64,000 nucleotides of DNA from a virus. Its lineage: Duplodnaviria > Heunggongvirae > Uroviricota > Caudoviricetes. Of the stretch, positions 25,722 to 35,585 are shown piece by piece (the stretch's first letter is position 1; every line of letters starts with the position of its first letter). The stretch lies in IMG/VR virus record IMGVR_UViG_3300043410_000565, positions 28,236-92,235 of that record; one strand, given 5' to 3'. The notes under the pieces are model-generated. The model ran no database searches, was not told the DNA's origin, and was given only the letters and a program-made list of their open reading frames with translations. The translations under genes and the position numbers were made by a program.

Positions 25722-26437
25722 TAGAAAAAATTCTGTAGACCTTCCAATACCTTATGATGTTCTCTACCACAGATAGGGCACTTATATTCCACTTTAGTTG
25801 AGATCTTTGGCATAGTCTCAAAAAACTTTTGAATTTTAGCGAACTGTTCTGTTGTTAGGTTATTCAAGAACTGCAATAGTTCTTCTTTCTTAGTCTCATG
25901 AGCGTAATATACATCATCGCCGTCATAGATGCAGTCAATTAAGTCTGCCACTAAGTTAAATACTTCTTCAATACCACTAGCTTCCTGCAACAAATCAGTT
26001 GCGTCTAATGTTGGGTATTTCATGATGATACCAACGTTATTGAATAGTGGAATGTTATTTGTGTGTTCTTCTGGTTTAATAACCTTAATATCTTGAATAT
26101 TAATTGTTACCTTTGAACGAGCTTTTTCATTTTGTTCACCATGGTCTTCGTCGCAGTTGAACAATAGATCAATAGTTTCACCAACTGACTTACCACGGAT
26201 CTGTAAGAACATGTATTCAATATCAAACGTTGCCAGTTTATCAACGTCGATCTTATCTTGAATTACACTAGTGAATACGGTTTTCAACGTATCAACCATA
26301 ACTGTTGGGTCTTCAGATTGCTGAGCAATCAAAAGAGCCTTTTCTTCTTTTACAACGAAAGGTCTAAATTTAACACTCTTCCCAGTAGATGGAATGACCA
26401 TGTTAAATGTTGGTTGTGTATTCATCGGCAAAGCCAT
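25721..26437 (-). CDS. 26: baseplate hub subunit gp26-like
   Basis: MALP...VKFRPFVVKEEKALL, DIEYMFLQIRGKSVGE, CPICG, LEGLQNFF. Confidence 0.88.
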   Translation of the reverse strand: MALPMNTQPTFNMVIPSTGKSVKFRPFVVKEEKALLIAQQSEDPTVMVDTLKTVFTSVIQDKIDVDKLATFDIEYMFLQIRGKSVGETIDLLFNCDEDHGEQNEKARSKVTINIQDIKVIKPEEHTNNIPLFNNVGIIMKYPTLDATDLLQEASGIEEVFNLVADLIDCIYDGDDVYYAHETKKEELLQFLNNLTTEQFAKIQKFFETMPKISTKVEYKCPICGREHHKVLEGLQNFF

Positions 26438-26438
26438 A

Positions 26439-26867
26439 TTATTCTCCTGTCATTTTCTTAATCATTTTATTCAAATCAGCCGTACTGCCAACAAAGATAG
26501 CATTGTTAGTAGTAACTTCTTTCGTGGAACCCTTTGTAGGTTCTTCCAGTTTCTTTTTCTGTTGGTGAACATCCATCAACTGTTGGTTAATATCAGCAAG
26601 TTGTTTCATTAACCCACCAACAACTTCAAACGCACGTGGGTGTTCAGAAGATCTAGCAACCGATAAGGCTGTTTCTAAAGCAGCCTTACCTTGAGATAAT
26701 AATTCGCGCAAGTTATCTCTAGCGTGATCATAATCATCTTCTATTTTAGCGGAAGTGTGTTTAGGCTCTTCCGTCGGCGGCAGAACTTCAACTACTTCTT
26801 GCTCTTTTATAGGTTCAATATCAAATATCTTTGACAAAGACTCATCAGTATTCATATACAAATCCAA
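26439..26867 (-). CDS. 16: terminase small subunit gp16
   Basis: DYDHARDNL, EHPRAFEV, NNAIFVGSTADL. Confidence 0.88.
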   Translation of the reverse strand: MDLYMNTDESLSKIFDIEPIKEQEVVEVLPPTEEPKHTSAKIEDDYDHARDNLRELLSQGKAALETALSVARSSEHPRAFEVVGGLMKQLADINQQLMDVHQQKKKLEEPTKGSTKEVTTNNAIFVGSTADLNKMIKKMTGE

Positions 26868-26870
26868 AAA

Positions 26871-27587
26871 TTAAAAACGAATAGTGGGGATTCTACTTGT
26901 AAAATTAGAGAACCCACGTTGCGCGAATTGACCAACGGCACCAGTAAGGAAGTTACCAGCCTCACCAAGCCCTTTAAGATATTTCTGTTGGAAGCCAGAA
27001 AAATCATTAATGAAACCAGCAAGTCCACCAGCGCTCTTTTCTAACTTGGTGAAGTCATCTTGCGCGATTTCAGTGGCAGTCCAATACTTATATTGGAAAG
27101 TAACATCTAAACGCATAGTGTCGTTATTGTTCTGTGAATCTAGAGGTACAGGAGCGATAGTCTTAGGGTATGCTTCGTAGAGTGTGACTAGGTATGTAAC
27201 TTTGTCTTCCAAATCCTGAATACGGATAGTCATTGGAGTGACATAATCGTTATACCATCCGATTGTGCGGTTGCTTGGGTTTACGATATACTGAGACCAA
27301 TCGTCGAAGATAGACTTAACTGTCATTTTTCTATCAACGTGGAATGTCAATTGTACAGGGTCAAACATTCTATCATAAACCACTTCTCTACCTTCACCAA
27401 ATGATCTGTTAGTAACAGTGGCGAAGTTGATACCAGGTAACGATGCTTTTTCACAGAATAGAAGCATGCGTTTAGTTTGCGAAGGTACAGCTTTTGGTGG
27501 AGTAAAATCTACTGTGAAGCGGTTGGTACGAGCGATACCTTGCGTTTTAATTTCGGCGATAAAGTCTTTTTGTCTATTTTCAGCCAT
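26871..27587 (-). CDS. tail-tube-like baseplate protein (gp54-like)
   Basis: ARTNRF, CEKASLPG, LYEAYPKTI, LDVTFQYKYW. Confidence 0.75.
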   Translation of the reverse strand: MAENRQKDFIAEIKTQGIARTNRFTVDFTPPKAVPSQTKRMLLFCEKASLPGINFATVTNRSFGEGREVVYDRMFDPVQLTFHVDRKMTVKSIFDDWSQYIVNPSNRTIGWYNDYVTPMTIRIQDLEDKVTYLVTLYEAYPKTIAPVPLDSQNNNDTMRLDVTFQYKYWTATEIAQDDFTKLEKSAGGLAGFINDFSGFQQKYLKGLGEAGNFLTGAVGQFAQRGFSNFTSRIPTIRF

Positions 27588-27588
27588 T

Positions 27589-28239
27589 TTATTTTCTCTT
27601 CTTTCCTTGATTCATTCTGTTAACATACTGACGAGATTTATCCCAAATTCTATCATCAGGCATCTTAACAAATTGTTCAACGGGTAATAACACAGCAGTT
27701 GCCCAGTCGTACGCACGGATTTCTCTGAACGTAGATCTTAACCCACCGAAGTTATAATTGTGGAATGCTGGGACTGCAGCTGCGAATTTTCTAACTCCCT
27801 TGATGGCTGCCCAACTATATTTGATACGAGTTGATTCATCCATCTTAGCGTTGGTCTTGTACTGCATCAAGTGGTAAAGCAAGTGCATTCTCATCTGATA
27901 TGGCAGATAGTGGAAGTTGATTCCACTGAATCCGCTAATAGAACGCTGATATAAAAGCGTACAAGGGAAACGGTCAAAATATGGGATAGAAGACTTGTAT
28001 AACGGGTCATAGATATACATGTACATTTTCCCAGGCATCAGCTTAGTTGTTAGCTGGGTTGGGTTACCCTTCAGTACTGTCCATGGGCTGTTAATTTGCT
28101 TCATAAGCAAAATCATCTGCTGTTCGTACCAAGCCTTTGATTTACGAAAGGCTGTTTTCAGGTCGTATTTGTTCTTCTCGAAGATATCGAGAGCAGCGAT
28201 CTGGGCAGCAGTGCGAGATTGTTTAATTGCAACGGGCAT
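27589..28239 (-). CDS. 2: DNA end protector gp2
   Basis: PGKMYMYIYDP, YFDRFP, GINFHYLP, WATAVLLPVEQF. Confidence 0.88.
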   Translation of the reverse strand: MPVAIKQSRTAAQIAALDIFEKNKYDLKTAFRKSKAWYEQQMILLMKQINSPWTVLKGNPTQLTTKLMPGKMYMYIYDPLYKSSIPYFDRFPCTLLYQRSISGFSGINFHYLPYQMRMHLLYHLMQYKTNAKMDESTRIKYSWAAIKGVRKFAAAVPAFHNYNFGGLRSTFREIRAYDWATAVLLPVEQFVKMPDDRIWDKSRQYVNRMNQGKKRK

Positions 28240-28255
28240 AACTACTATTTAGGTG

Positions 28256-28690
28256 TTATAGCCCAAGTTCTTTCTCTGTAATAACTTTAAACTCCCAACC
28301 ACGATCTTTAGCATATTCAGTGGCAGCTTTCCATTTGGCTTGGTTTTTCAAGAAACTGTATGATTCAGCTAAATACTTCTTGGTTCTTCTGCCTGGGAAT
28401 TCTGGCGGAGCAGTATATTTTAGTGGTTTAATCTCTATTAGATACACCCTAATAGATCCATCTCGTTGTTGAACCCTGATCTTAAAATCTATAAAGTAAC
28501 GGTGTAATTTGCCATCAGTTGGGCAAACGTATGGGATAACAGTTTCTTCTGAACTCCACCTTATTATCTGTGGATTTTTATCGCACCATAGAGCAAACCT
28601 TCGTTCCCAACCAGAACGGCATATAATATTAGAAACATCACCTGAGTATTTTTCAGGGTGTAACGGAGTGTACTTTGATTTATGGAACAT
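28256..28690 (-). CDS. 4: head completion nuclease gp4
   Basis: PEKYSGD, RSGWERRF, WSSEETVIPY, RYFIDF, EIKP, NQAKWKAA. Confidence 0.92.
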   Translation of the reverse strand: MFHKSKYTPLHPEKYSGDVSNIICRSGWERRFALWCDKNPQIIRWSSEETVIPYVCPTDGKLHRYFIDFKIRVQQRDGSIRVYLIEIKPLKYTAPPEFPGRRTKKYLAESYSFLKNQAKWKAATEYAKDRGWEFKVITEKELGL

Positions 28691-28730
28691 AAATATAGAA
28701 AGCAAAATAACCAATATTTAGGAAACCCAG

Positions 28731-29972
28731 ATGGATTTACTTGGTGCTATTAAAAACAAGATTCAAGGTGGCGTGGACAACGTGCAGCAAAAAGCTGCTG
28801 GCGTGGTAGACAATTTCAAGGACGCTGGTAAAGCGTTCGAACATAACTTGGCTAAACCCATGACTATCAACAAGATTGGTCCAAGAGCCTATGATGAGAC
28901 TATGGCAAAATACAGTATGGCGAGCCATATGTACCCAAACGATCTTTTAAGCCAGTCATATGCAGGTAATTACGCAGTATTCTACATCAATGTGTCTGAT
29001 GAGTCTAAGCTATTCACTCCAGAAGAAACAGTAGAACTCGACCCAAAGGTTGAAAAGAGATATAGAAGTAAATTCGTTGGTGGTTCTATTAACACAGCTG
29101 GCGTTGTAGGTGCAGCTGCTGCAGTTAACATTGGTGGTGGTATGGTTAAAGGTACTATCAACACTGTTGCTGGTAATAAAGGTAAAGACTCAAAAGATAA
29201 ATCTTCGGTTCTTGGTGGAGCACTTGGTGGCGCTGGCGATCAATTGGCGCCAACGATCGGTCTAGGTTTTGCTGCACAACAAGCTCCAAAATCATATAGA
29301 TTACAACGTAGATTAAAAACTGCTATCGCTCTTCACGTACCAAACCAATTGTCTGTTAGATATGGTACTCAATGGGGTGAAGAAGACACTGCCGCTGTTC
29401 AAGCAATTTATGACGCAGGTTCTAGTGCATTCGCTGCAGCTGCGCAAGAAAAAGGTGGTCTAGCAAAAATGGCTGGTGCCGCTGGCGCAGTTACTGGCGT
29501 TGGTACTGAAGCCATGGCGAACTATGGTTTAAGCAAGGCTAATAATGCGGGTGCTGTTTCTGCAGCCATGGGTATTGCCGCGAACCCAAAGAAAGAACAA
29601 ACATTCAAGGGTGTTGATTTCCGTAAGTTCACGTTTGATTATCAGTTCTACCCACGTAGTGCTGCTGAAGCTAGAAACGTGTTGAACATTATTGAAACAT
29701 TCAAGTTACATATGCATCCAGAGTTCAAAAGTGAACTAAACTATATCTGGATTTACCCTTCTGAATTCGACATCATCTATTACACAAACCATACAGAGAA
29801 CTTAAACCTTCACAGACATACATCATGTGTTCTTGAAGAATTAAGCGTAAACTATACACCAAACGGTGTTTATTCTACATTTGAGAACGGTATGCCGACT
29901 CAAATTAATATCTCAATGTCATTCAAAGAACTACAAATCCTTTCAAAGGAAACTGTAAAGGAAGGTCTATAA
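28731..29972 (+). CDS. 48: baseplate tail tube cap gp48
   Basis: IALHVP, NPKKEQTFKGVDFRKFTFDYQFYPRSAAEA, NYTPNG, MPTQINISMSFKE. Confidence 0.88.
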   Translation: MDLLGAIKNKIQGGVDNVQQKAAGVVDNFKDAGKAFEHNLAKPMTINKIGPRAYDETMAKYSMASHMYPNDLLSQSYAGNYAVFYINVSDESKLFTPEETVELDPKVEKRYRSKFVGGSINTAGVVGAAAAVNIGGGMVKGTINTVAGNKGKDSKDKSSVLGGALGGAGDQLAPTIGLGFAAQQAPKSYRLQRRLKTAIALHVPNQLSVRYGTQWGEEDTAAVQAIYDAGSSAFAAAAQEKGGLAKMAGAAGAVTGVGTEAMANYGLSKANNAGAVSAAMGIAANPKKEQTFKGVDFRKFTFDYQFYPRSAAEARNVLNIIETFKLHMHPEFKSELNYIWIYPSEFDIIYYTNHTENLNLHRHTSCVLEELSVNYTPNGVYSTFENGMPTQINISMSFKELQILSKETVKEGL

Positions 29973-29973
29973 A

Positions 29974-30789
29974 ATGTACTTTAAAGATTTCCCTAAATTC
30001 TTATATGATTTTAATTATGGTGATGGTAAAACAAAAACAACTATTGTTTCTGATATCACCCGCAACGTTCGTCTTAGAAAAGAGATTCTAAGAAACGTAA
30101 CTATCTTTGATGAATATGATATCCAAGACGGTGAAACACCAGAGATTATCGCAGAGAAGTTCTATGGTACTCCAGAGTACCACTGGATTGTTATGCTAAC
30201 AAATGACAAGTATGATTGGATCACTGATTTTCCATTAACAGAAACCCAATTAGTCAAACATACACAAGACGTGTATAACCCCCAGCTGTCATCTAATGAT
30301 TGGTATTGGGACGTGCATGAAGATGGTATCACGTATATTCACATTAAGATTACAAGCACGGACGTTCCATTTGAGCTTGCATATCTAACTGCTCCAGTGA
30401 AGATTACTTTATCTGACGCAACTAAACAATTTGTTAAGGTTATCAATTTCCCAACTGATCCAATTGGATTAGAAGAGACTACTCAGTACTTCTATTTCCC
30501 ATACATCGAACCATGGGATATTACTCAATTTGGTAAACCAGGAGCTACTGCAACATCAGGTGTTGGCGCCATTACAATTTACGTTGATACAGAGGGTAGA
30601 GAAAACAACCCCGTGATGTATGTTAACCAACAAGGTTATGTTGTGAATGCTGATCCAACAAATACCAACTTGATTCCACTTTCTGGCGAAGAAGTTGTTC
30701 GTATTGAGAACGATTTGAAGCGTCGAATCCGTTTAATTTCCCCAGAACTAATTGAAGTTGTTATCCGAAATTATGAAGAATTGCTATGA
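29974..30789 (+). CDS. 53: baseplate wedge subunit gp53
   Basis: MYFKDFP, YDIQDGETPEIIAEKFYGTPEYHWIVMLTN, ENDLKRRIRLI. Confidence 0.9.
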   Translation: MYFKDFPKFLYDFNYGDGKTKTTIVSDITRNVRLRKEILRNVTIFDEYDIQDGETPEIIAEKFYGTPEYHWIVMLTNDKYDWITDFPLTETQLVKHTQDVYNPQLSSNDWYWDVHEDGITYIHIKITSTDVPFELAYLTAPVKITLSDATKQFVKVINFPTDPIGLEETTQYFYFPYIEPWDITQFGKPGATATSGVGAITIYVDTEGRENNPVMYVNQQGYVVNADPTNTNLIPLSGEEVVRIENDLKRRIRLISPELIEVVIRNYEELL

Positions 30790-32063
30790 GTTTTAATCCT
30801 AAAAATACATTAAGGTTTGCTGGCGACGTTAACATTGAGAGCGTCGTCATCACAACACCGAAAGGTGTTTACCAGAACGTCACTGGGCAAACTTTAGCTA
30901 TTAACGTGTATGAAGATATCTTCTCACCGTTTATTACAGGGTCACTAATCCTGAAAGAGTCATTTGACTTCTCTAACATGTTCCCATTAGTTGGCGAAGA
31001 AGTTCTTGACTTGGTAGTTACAACACCACAGATTCCAACTGGTAAAATTTCAGGCAGATTCCATATCTATAAAATGAGTAATAAAACTCAAGTTGGCGAT
31101 AAGACAACCATGTACGAGTTGAATTTTATTTCAATCGAATCGCTTATTGATATGAACAAAAAGGTCAGTAAAGTTTACAGTGGTAAAATTTCTGACCTTA
31201 TCAAACAGTTCATCGTTGACCAAGTTGACGGTATGGAAAGCGAGAAACAGTATGTGATCGAGAATACTAGAAACTCTATCAAATACATTTCAAACTTCTG
31301 GAATCCAATTAAGAATCTAACATTCTTGGCAGATAACGCCATCTCCGAAACTCAATCTCCATCTTTCCTTTTCTTTGAAAACAGAGATGGCTTTAACTTT
31401 AGATCTCTGGAAAACCTCTACAAAGGTAACGTTGTTCAGAAGTTTACACGTGACCGATACACTCGTGATAACTTTGACTTGGGTGGTAACGCACTTAACA
31501 TCACGGAAGATTACAAACGTATCGTTGATTATACAATCGTTGATTCGTATGACTACATTGATAGATTGCGTTCTGGTATGTTATCATCAAAGTTGATGTC
31601 GTATGACTCAACTAAGAAGACTTATACTGTCAAGAACTATTCAGCCACAAGTAGATTTTCTTCACAGATTCACTTAAACCCGCACCCACTGTTCAGCGAA
31701 AAGCCAGTATCTCGTGCGGTATCTAAGTTCTTCTTATACCCACGTGCGTTTGAAACATTTACTTCTTTCGGTGACACAACCAACGCCAGAATTATTCAAG
31801 AACGAACATCGTTTCTTAAAATGGCAGAAGCTCAAAAATTAAACATCACAGTTCCTGGGAGATGCGATTATACAGTTGGTCAAGTAGTTGAACTTTTCCT
31901 AACTAAAAATCAACCAATTAAAAAGAGCGAAACACAAGATGAAATTACCGATAAGATTCTATCAGGTAAGTATTTGATTTCCGCAATTAATCATAGCATC
32001 AAGCACAGCGGTCATGACTGTATCCTTGAGCTAGTAAAAGATTCTTCAATGAAAGCAGCGTAA
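30786..32063 (+). CDS. baseplate hub/tail protein (gp27/late-control-D-like)
   Basis: IYEDIFSPFITG, FLFFENRDGFNFRSL, VPGRCDYTVGQ, SGKYLISAINH; between 53 and 5. Confidence 0.75.
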   Translation: MSFNPKNTLRFAGDVNIESVVITTPKGVYQNVTGQTLAINVYEDIFSPFITGSLILKESFDFSNMFPLVGEEVLDLVVTTPQIPTGKISGRFHIYKMSNKTQVGDKTTMYELNFISIESLIDMNKKVSKVYSGKISDLIKQFIVDQVDGMESEKQYVIENTRNSIKYISNFWNPIKNLTFLADNAISETQSPSFLFFENRDGFNFRSLENLYKGNVVQKFTRDRYTRDNFDLGGNALNITEDYKRIVDYTIVDSYDYIDRLRSGMLSSKLMSYDSTKKTYTVKNYSATSRFSSQIHLNPHPLFSEKPVSRAVSKFFLYPRAFETFTSFGDTTNARIIQERTSFLKMAEAQKLNITVPGRCDYTVGQVVELFLTKNQPIKKSETQDEITDKILSGKYLISAINHSIKHSGHDCILELVKDSSMKAA

Positions 32064-32065
32064 TT

Positions 32066-35000
32066 ATGCAAATTTATTTTGGTATTGTTGAAAATAGAAA
32101 CGACCCACTAACGCTAGGACGTTGTCAAGTTCGCGTGGTGGGTTTACATACTCACGACAAGAACTTACTTCCAACATCAGACTTACCATGGTGCGCTTCA
32201 ATGCAACCAACCACATCCGCTGCGATGAATGGTATTGGATATACTCCAATTGGTCCAGTTGAGGGTACTTCCGTTGTTGTAACATATCTTGACGATTCTA
32301 TGCAACAGGGTCTTATACTTGGTTCTGTTGGTGGTATTGCTACTGAACCAGTACCGATTGACTATGATGACTCTGGACCAATTTTAAAATCTGATGATGT
32401 AAAATCAATTTCTTTACGCTCAGTTCCTGGTCCAACGAACGGAAATTCTATTAAGTTCTACGATCCAAACTCATCTAGAACTAACCTTACAACTGAACTA
32501 AAAGCCAACATGCGTGTTATTGGTTATGGTATTCCCGACGGTACTACAATCGTTTCAGTTGATAGCGGCACGCAAATTACAATCTCCACACAGGTTAGAG
32601 ATTTTGGCGAGAACATCATTGACTTCATGCCGCCACCAACTAACGCTGCGGCTGTTGTTGAATCAAAGACTCTAGTTTCAGCCAGCACTGTTGCTGATAA
32701 AGCCGCAGATGTTAAACCTTCTGCTGTTAATAGTTCAATTCCAACTATCCCTCCACCAAAATCAGTAAGTAACCAGACAAAGGCTTCCGAAGGTATTAAG
32801 GCTCTTATTGCCGCATGTGATAAAGTTGGTCTAACAACCAAAGAACAGAAATGTGCGTTGTTGGGTATTGCTGGCGGTGAATCTGGATGGATTCCGCAAA
32901 AAGAAAGTTACAACTACAGCCCAACACGCCTCAGAGAAGTATTCCCGAAGGCAACTGACGAACAAATTCAGAAATATGCTAATGCCCAAACTAAGGGTAT
33001 GGCCAGAGAAGAATTCTTCTCTTTCTTCTATGGTCCAACATTCCGTGGAAAAGGATTCTTGGGTAACAAGACTGATGAAGACGGTGGAAAATATTATGGT
33101 CGCGGTTTCATTCAACTGACTGGACGATCTAACTATCTACAGTTTCAAAATGAAGCAAAGAAGAATGGCGTTGATATTAATCTAGTTGATGACCCAGATT
33201 CTCTTGACGCTGATATTAACGTATCAGCGCTTGTGGCTGCTCTTTACATTAAAAAGAGAACGCCATCTACAGCTAACCCAAACGCATCCCCTGGGTATTT
33301 TGAAGCTGCAAAAAATGGAGTTGGTGTAAACCCAGCAAACATTGCTGCTAAGAAATTACGATTCTATGAGTATTTCTATGGTGATGTTGGTTCTGGTTCT
33401 CACAGAAAAGACGCAGGTGCAGAAGCACCATCTGCACCAGAAGATACAACAGCTATTAACAATTTCCAACCTGGTCCATCAGAGAAGTCTATTACTTCTG
33501 GTTCATTCTCAATTGGTTTCCGTGACCCAAATAACAAATATCCATTGAAAGATTACATTGGAGAGTCTGACGTTAACCGTCTAGCCCGTGGTGTAATCGA
33601 GGGCACTATTATCGGTGATAAAGATGCTTCCAGAAAGATGGGTATTCCACGTGCCCTTGGTGGTGGTGAATGGAACCAACCAATGGCTCCATTTGGCGCA
33701 CAATATCCATACAATAAAGTATTTGAATCTGAATCTGGCCATGTTCAAGAATTCGACGACACACCTGGGCAAGAACGTGTTAATACATACCACCGTTCTG
33801 GTACATTTACTGAAATTGACGCCAACGGCACACAGGTCAATTACATCGTTGGTGACAATTACATCTTGATGGAATCTAACGGTTGTATTCACGTTGCTGG
33901 TGAGTGTAATATCACAGTTGATGGTAATGTTAACCTGTTCGCTCGTTCAGATTTGAACGCACAGGTTTCTGGTAATGCCACTGTTGAAGTTGGTAATAAC
34001 GCCAACGTTGGTGTCGCTAATGATATAACTCTTGCAGTTGGCGGAGATATGCAAACATACGTTGCTGGTAAATATCAAGTTACTGCTGCGGAAGGTATTG
34101 AGTTCGTGTCAAACAAGAGCGTTAACGTTCAATCTACTGAAGAGATTAGTATTAAATCCAAGACAATTAAAGCTGACGCTTCTTCTGAATTCAACGCAAA
34201 AGCTGGTTCAGCTGTAAAAGTTTCTGGCTCAACAGTTAATGTTAAAGGTTCTGGCGCTGTCAACGTTGACTATGGTACATACAACCTTGGCACTGGCGCA
34301 GCGCAAGCTGCCTCTGAAGCCACTGCAGTTACTGCTCTGGAATTAACACCTCCAGCAGCTGGCGATGCTTTATATACATCACCAGAATATTTGGTTCCAC
34401 CACCAAGACAGTTTGAGAATAATAGTCCAATTGAAACGCCAGACGACTGGAATACCCCAGAAGGTAGGGCAGTTCTTGGCGCCATGGCTAGAACCGAAGG
34501 TGTGGAAAATCCACCCGCTGCGAGTTCAGAGGAAACTTCTGCGCCAACTGGTGGTAGCCAGTCTGCTGCAGTTAAGGCTGACTGTGCGATTATCTACACA
34601 ACTAAAGACTTCACGAAAGACTATCGCTTATCTAAGAACTTCACTCTTGGTATGATGATTGCAGATAACAGACACTTGTTACAATCCCAAATGTTGAAGC
34701 CTAATAAGCAATCTAATGAACGTCTATACACTGTACAAGAAATTGTATGTAATATGGCGCACTTGGCTCAGAACGTTCTAGAACCAGGGTTAGCATTCTT
34801 CCCAGAAGGCTTGAATGGTTACAAGAAGCTATGGCATATTACATCTGGTTACCGATTGAAGGGTGTTGTACCACACGAGTCGCCAACATCTGATCACTGT
34901 AAGGGTCACTGTGTGGATATTTCTCTTGGTAACGGGTCATCTATGTTCCAGTTCAACTACAAGTTAGCCAAGCAACTTGAAGCTGCTATTATCTACGACC

Positions 35001-35167
35001 AGTTGATTCTAGAATACCAATCCCCTGATAAGTGTTGGGTTCATATTGGTTATAAGCCAGAAGGAAATCGTAGACAAGCATTTACGATGATCAACCACGT
35101 GTATGATCCAAACAGTAAAGGGTTTGTACTTTTATCTGGTTCAGTACCTCAAGTTTCAAAGAAATAA
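32066..35167 (+). CDS. 5: baseplate central spike gp5 with GH19-type glycosidase and C-terminal M15 peptidase domains
   Basis: N-terminal OB fold (DPLTLGRCQVRV, DLPWC); YYGRGFIQLTGRSNY; YPYNKVFESESGH, DDTPGQER; beta-helix; ITSGYR, SDHCKGHCVDI, WVHIGY. Confidence 0.9.
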   Translation: MQIYFGIVENRNDPLTLGRCQVRVVGLHTHDKNLLPTSDLPWCASMQPTTSAAMNGIGYTPIGPVEGTSVVVTYLDDSMQQGLILGSVGGIATEPVPIDYDDSGPILKSDDVKSISLRSVPGPTNGNSIKFYDPNSSRTNLTTELKANMRVIGYGIPDGTTIVSVDSGTQITISTQVRDFGENIIDFMPPPTNAAAVVESKTLVSASTVADKAADVKPSAVNSSIPTIPPPKSVSNQTKASEGIKALIAACDKVGLTTKEQKCALLGIAGGESGWIPQKESYNYSPTRLREVFPKATDEQIQKYANAQTKGMAREEFFSFFYGPTFRGKGFLGNKTDEDGGKYYGRGFIQLTGRSNYLQFQNEAKKNGVDINLVDDPDSLDADINVSALVAALYIKKRTPSTANPNASPGYFEAAKNGVGVNPANIAAKKLRFYEYFYGDVGSGSHRKDAGAEAPSAPEDTTAINNFQPGPSEKSITSGSFSIGFRDPNNKYPLKDYIGESDVNRLARGVIEGTIIGDKDASRKMGIPRALGGGEWNQPMAPFGAQYPYNKVFESESGHVQEFDDTPGQERVNTYHRSGTFTEIDANGTQVNYIVGDNYILMESNGCIHVAGECNITVDGNVNLFARSDLNAQVSGNATVEVGNNANVGVANDITLAVGGDMQTYVAGKYQVTAAEGIEFVSNKSVNVQSTEEISIKSKTIKADASSEFNAKAGSAVKVSGSTVNVKGSGAVNVDYGTYNLGTGAAQAASEATAVTALELTPPAAGDALYTSPEYLVPPPRQFENNSPIETPDDWNTPEGRAVLGAMARTEGVENPPAASSEETSAPTGGSQSAAVKADCAIIYTTKDFTKDYRLSKNFTLGMMIADNRHLLQSQMLKPNKQSNERLYTVQEIVCNMAHLAQNVLEPGLAFFPEGLNGYKKLWHITSGYRLKGVVPHESPTSDHCKGHCVDISLGNGSSMFQFNYKLAKQLEAAIIYDQLILEYQSPDKCWVHIGYKPEGNRRQAFTMINHVYDPNSKGFVLLSGSVPQVSKK

Positions 35168-35192
35168 TAAAGTGGAAACCTAAATAAGAGAT

Positions 35193-35585
35193 ATGGCAAG
35201 AAATACAAGAATCTTCTCGGATCTAGATCTGAATTTTACCCCGCACCCTGTGACGGGGGATTTAGTCCGCAAGTACGACGAGAATGCTATAAAGCAATCT
35301 ATCAAAAACCTCATCATGACTAGGCACTATGAGAGACCGTTCCATAGTGAAATGGGTTCTCCGATTAGAGAATTACTATTTGATTTGATCACACCCGTGA
35401 CAGCGTTAATGGTTAGAAGAGCAATCATTGACTTAATCTCTAATTTCGAGCCAAGAGTTAAACTGCTTGGGGTAGAGGTTATCCCGTCAGAAGAAAACAA
35501 CTCACTGTATGTCTCTATTACATTTAAAATTGTAAATACAGAATCACCACTTTCCCTAGAGTTTTTACTTGAAAGAACACGATAA
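35193..35585 (+). CDS. 25: baseplate wedge subunit gp25
   Basis: FSDLDLNF, AIKQSIKNLI, ERPF, FEPRV. Confidence 0.92.
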   Translation: MARNTRIFSDLDLNFTPHPVTGDLVRKYDENAIKQSIKNLIMTRHYERPFHSEMGSPIRELLFDLITPVTALMVRRAIIDLISNFEPRVKLLGVEVIPSEENNSLYVSITFKIVNTESPLSLEFLLERTR

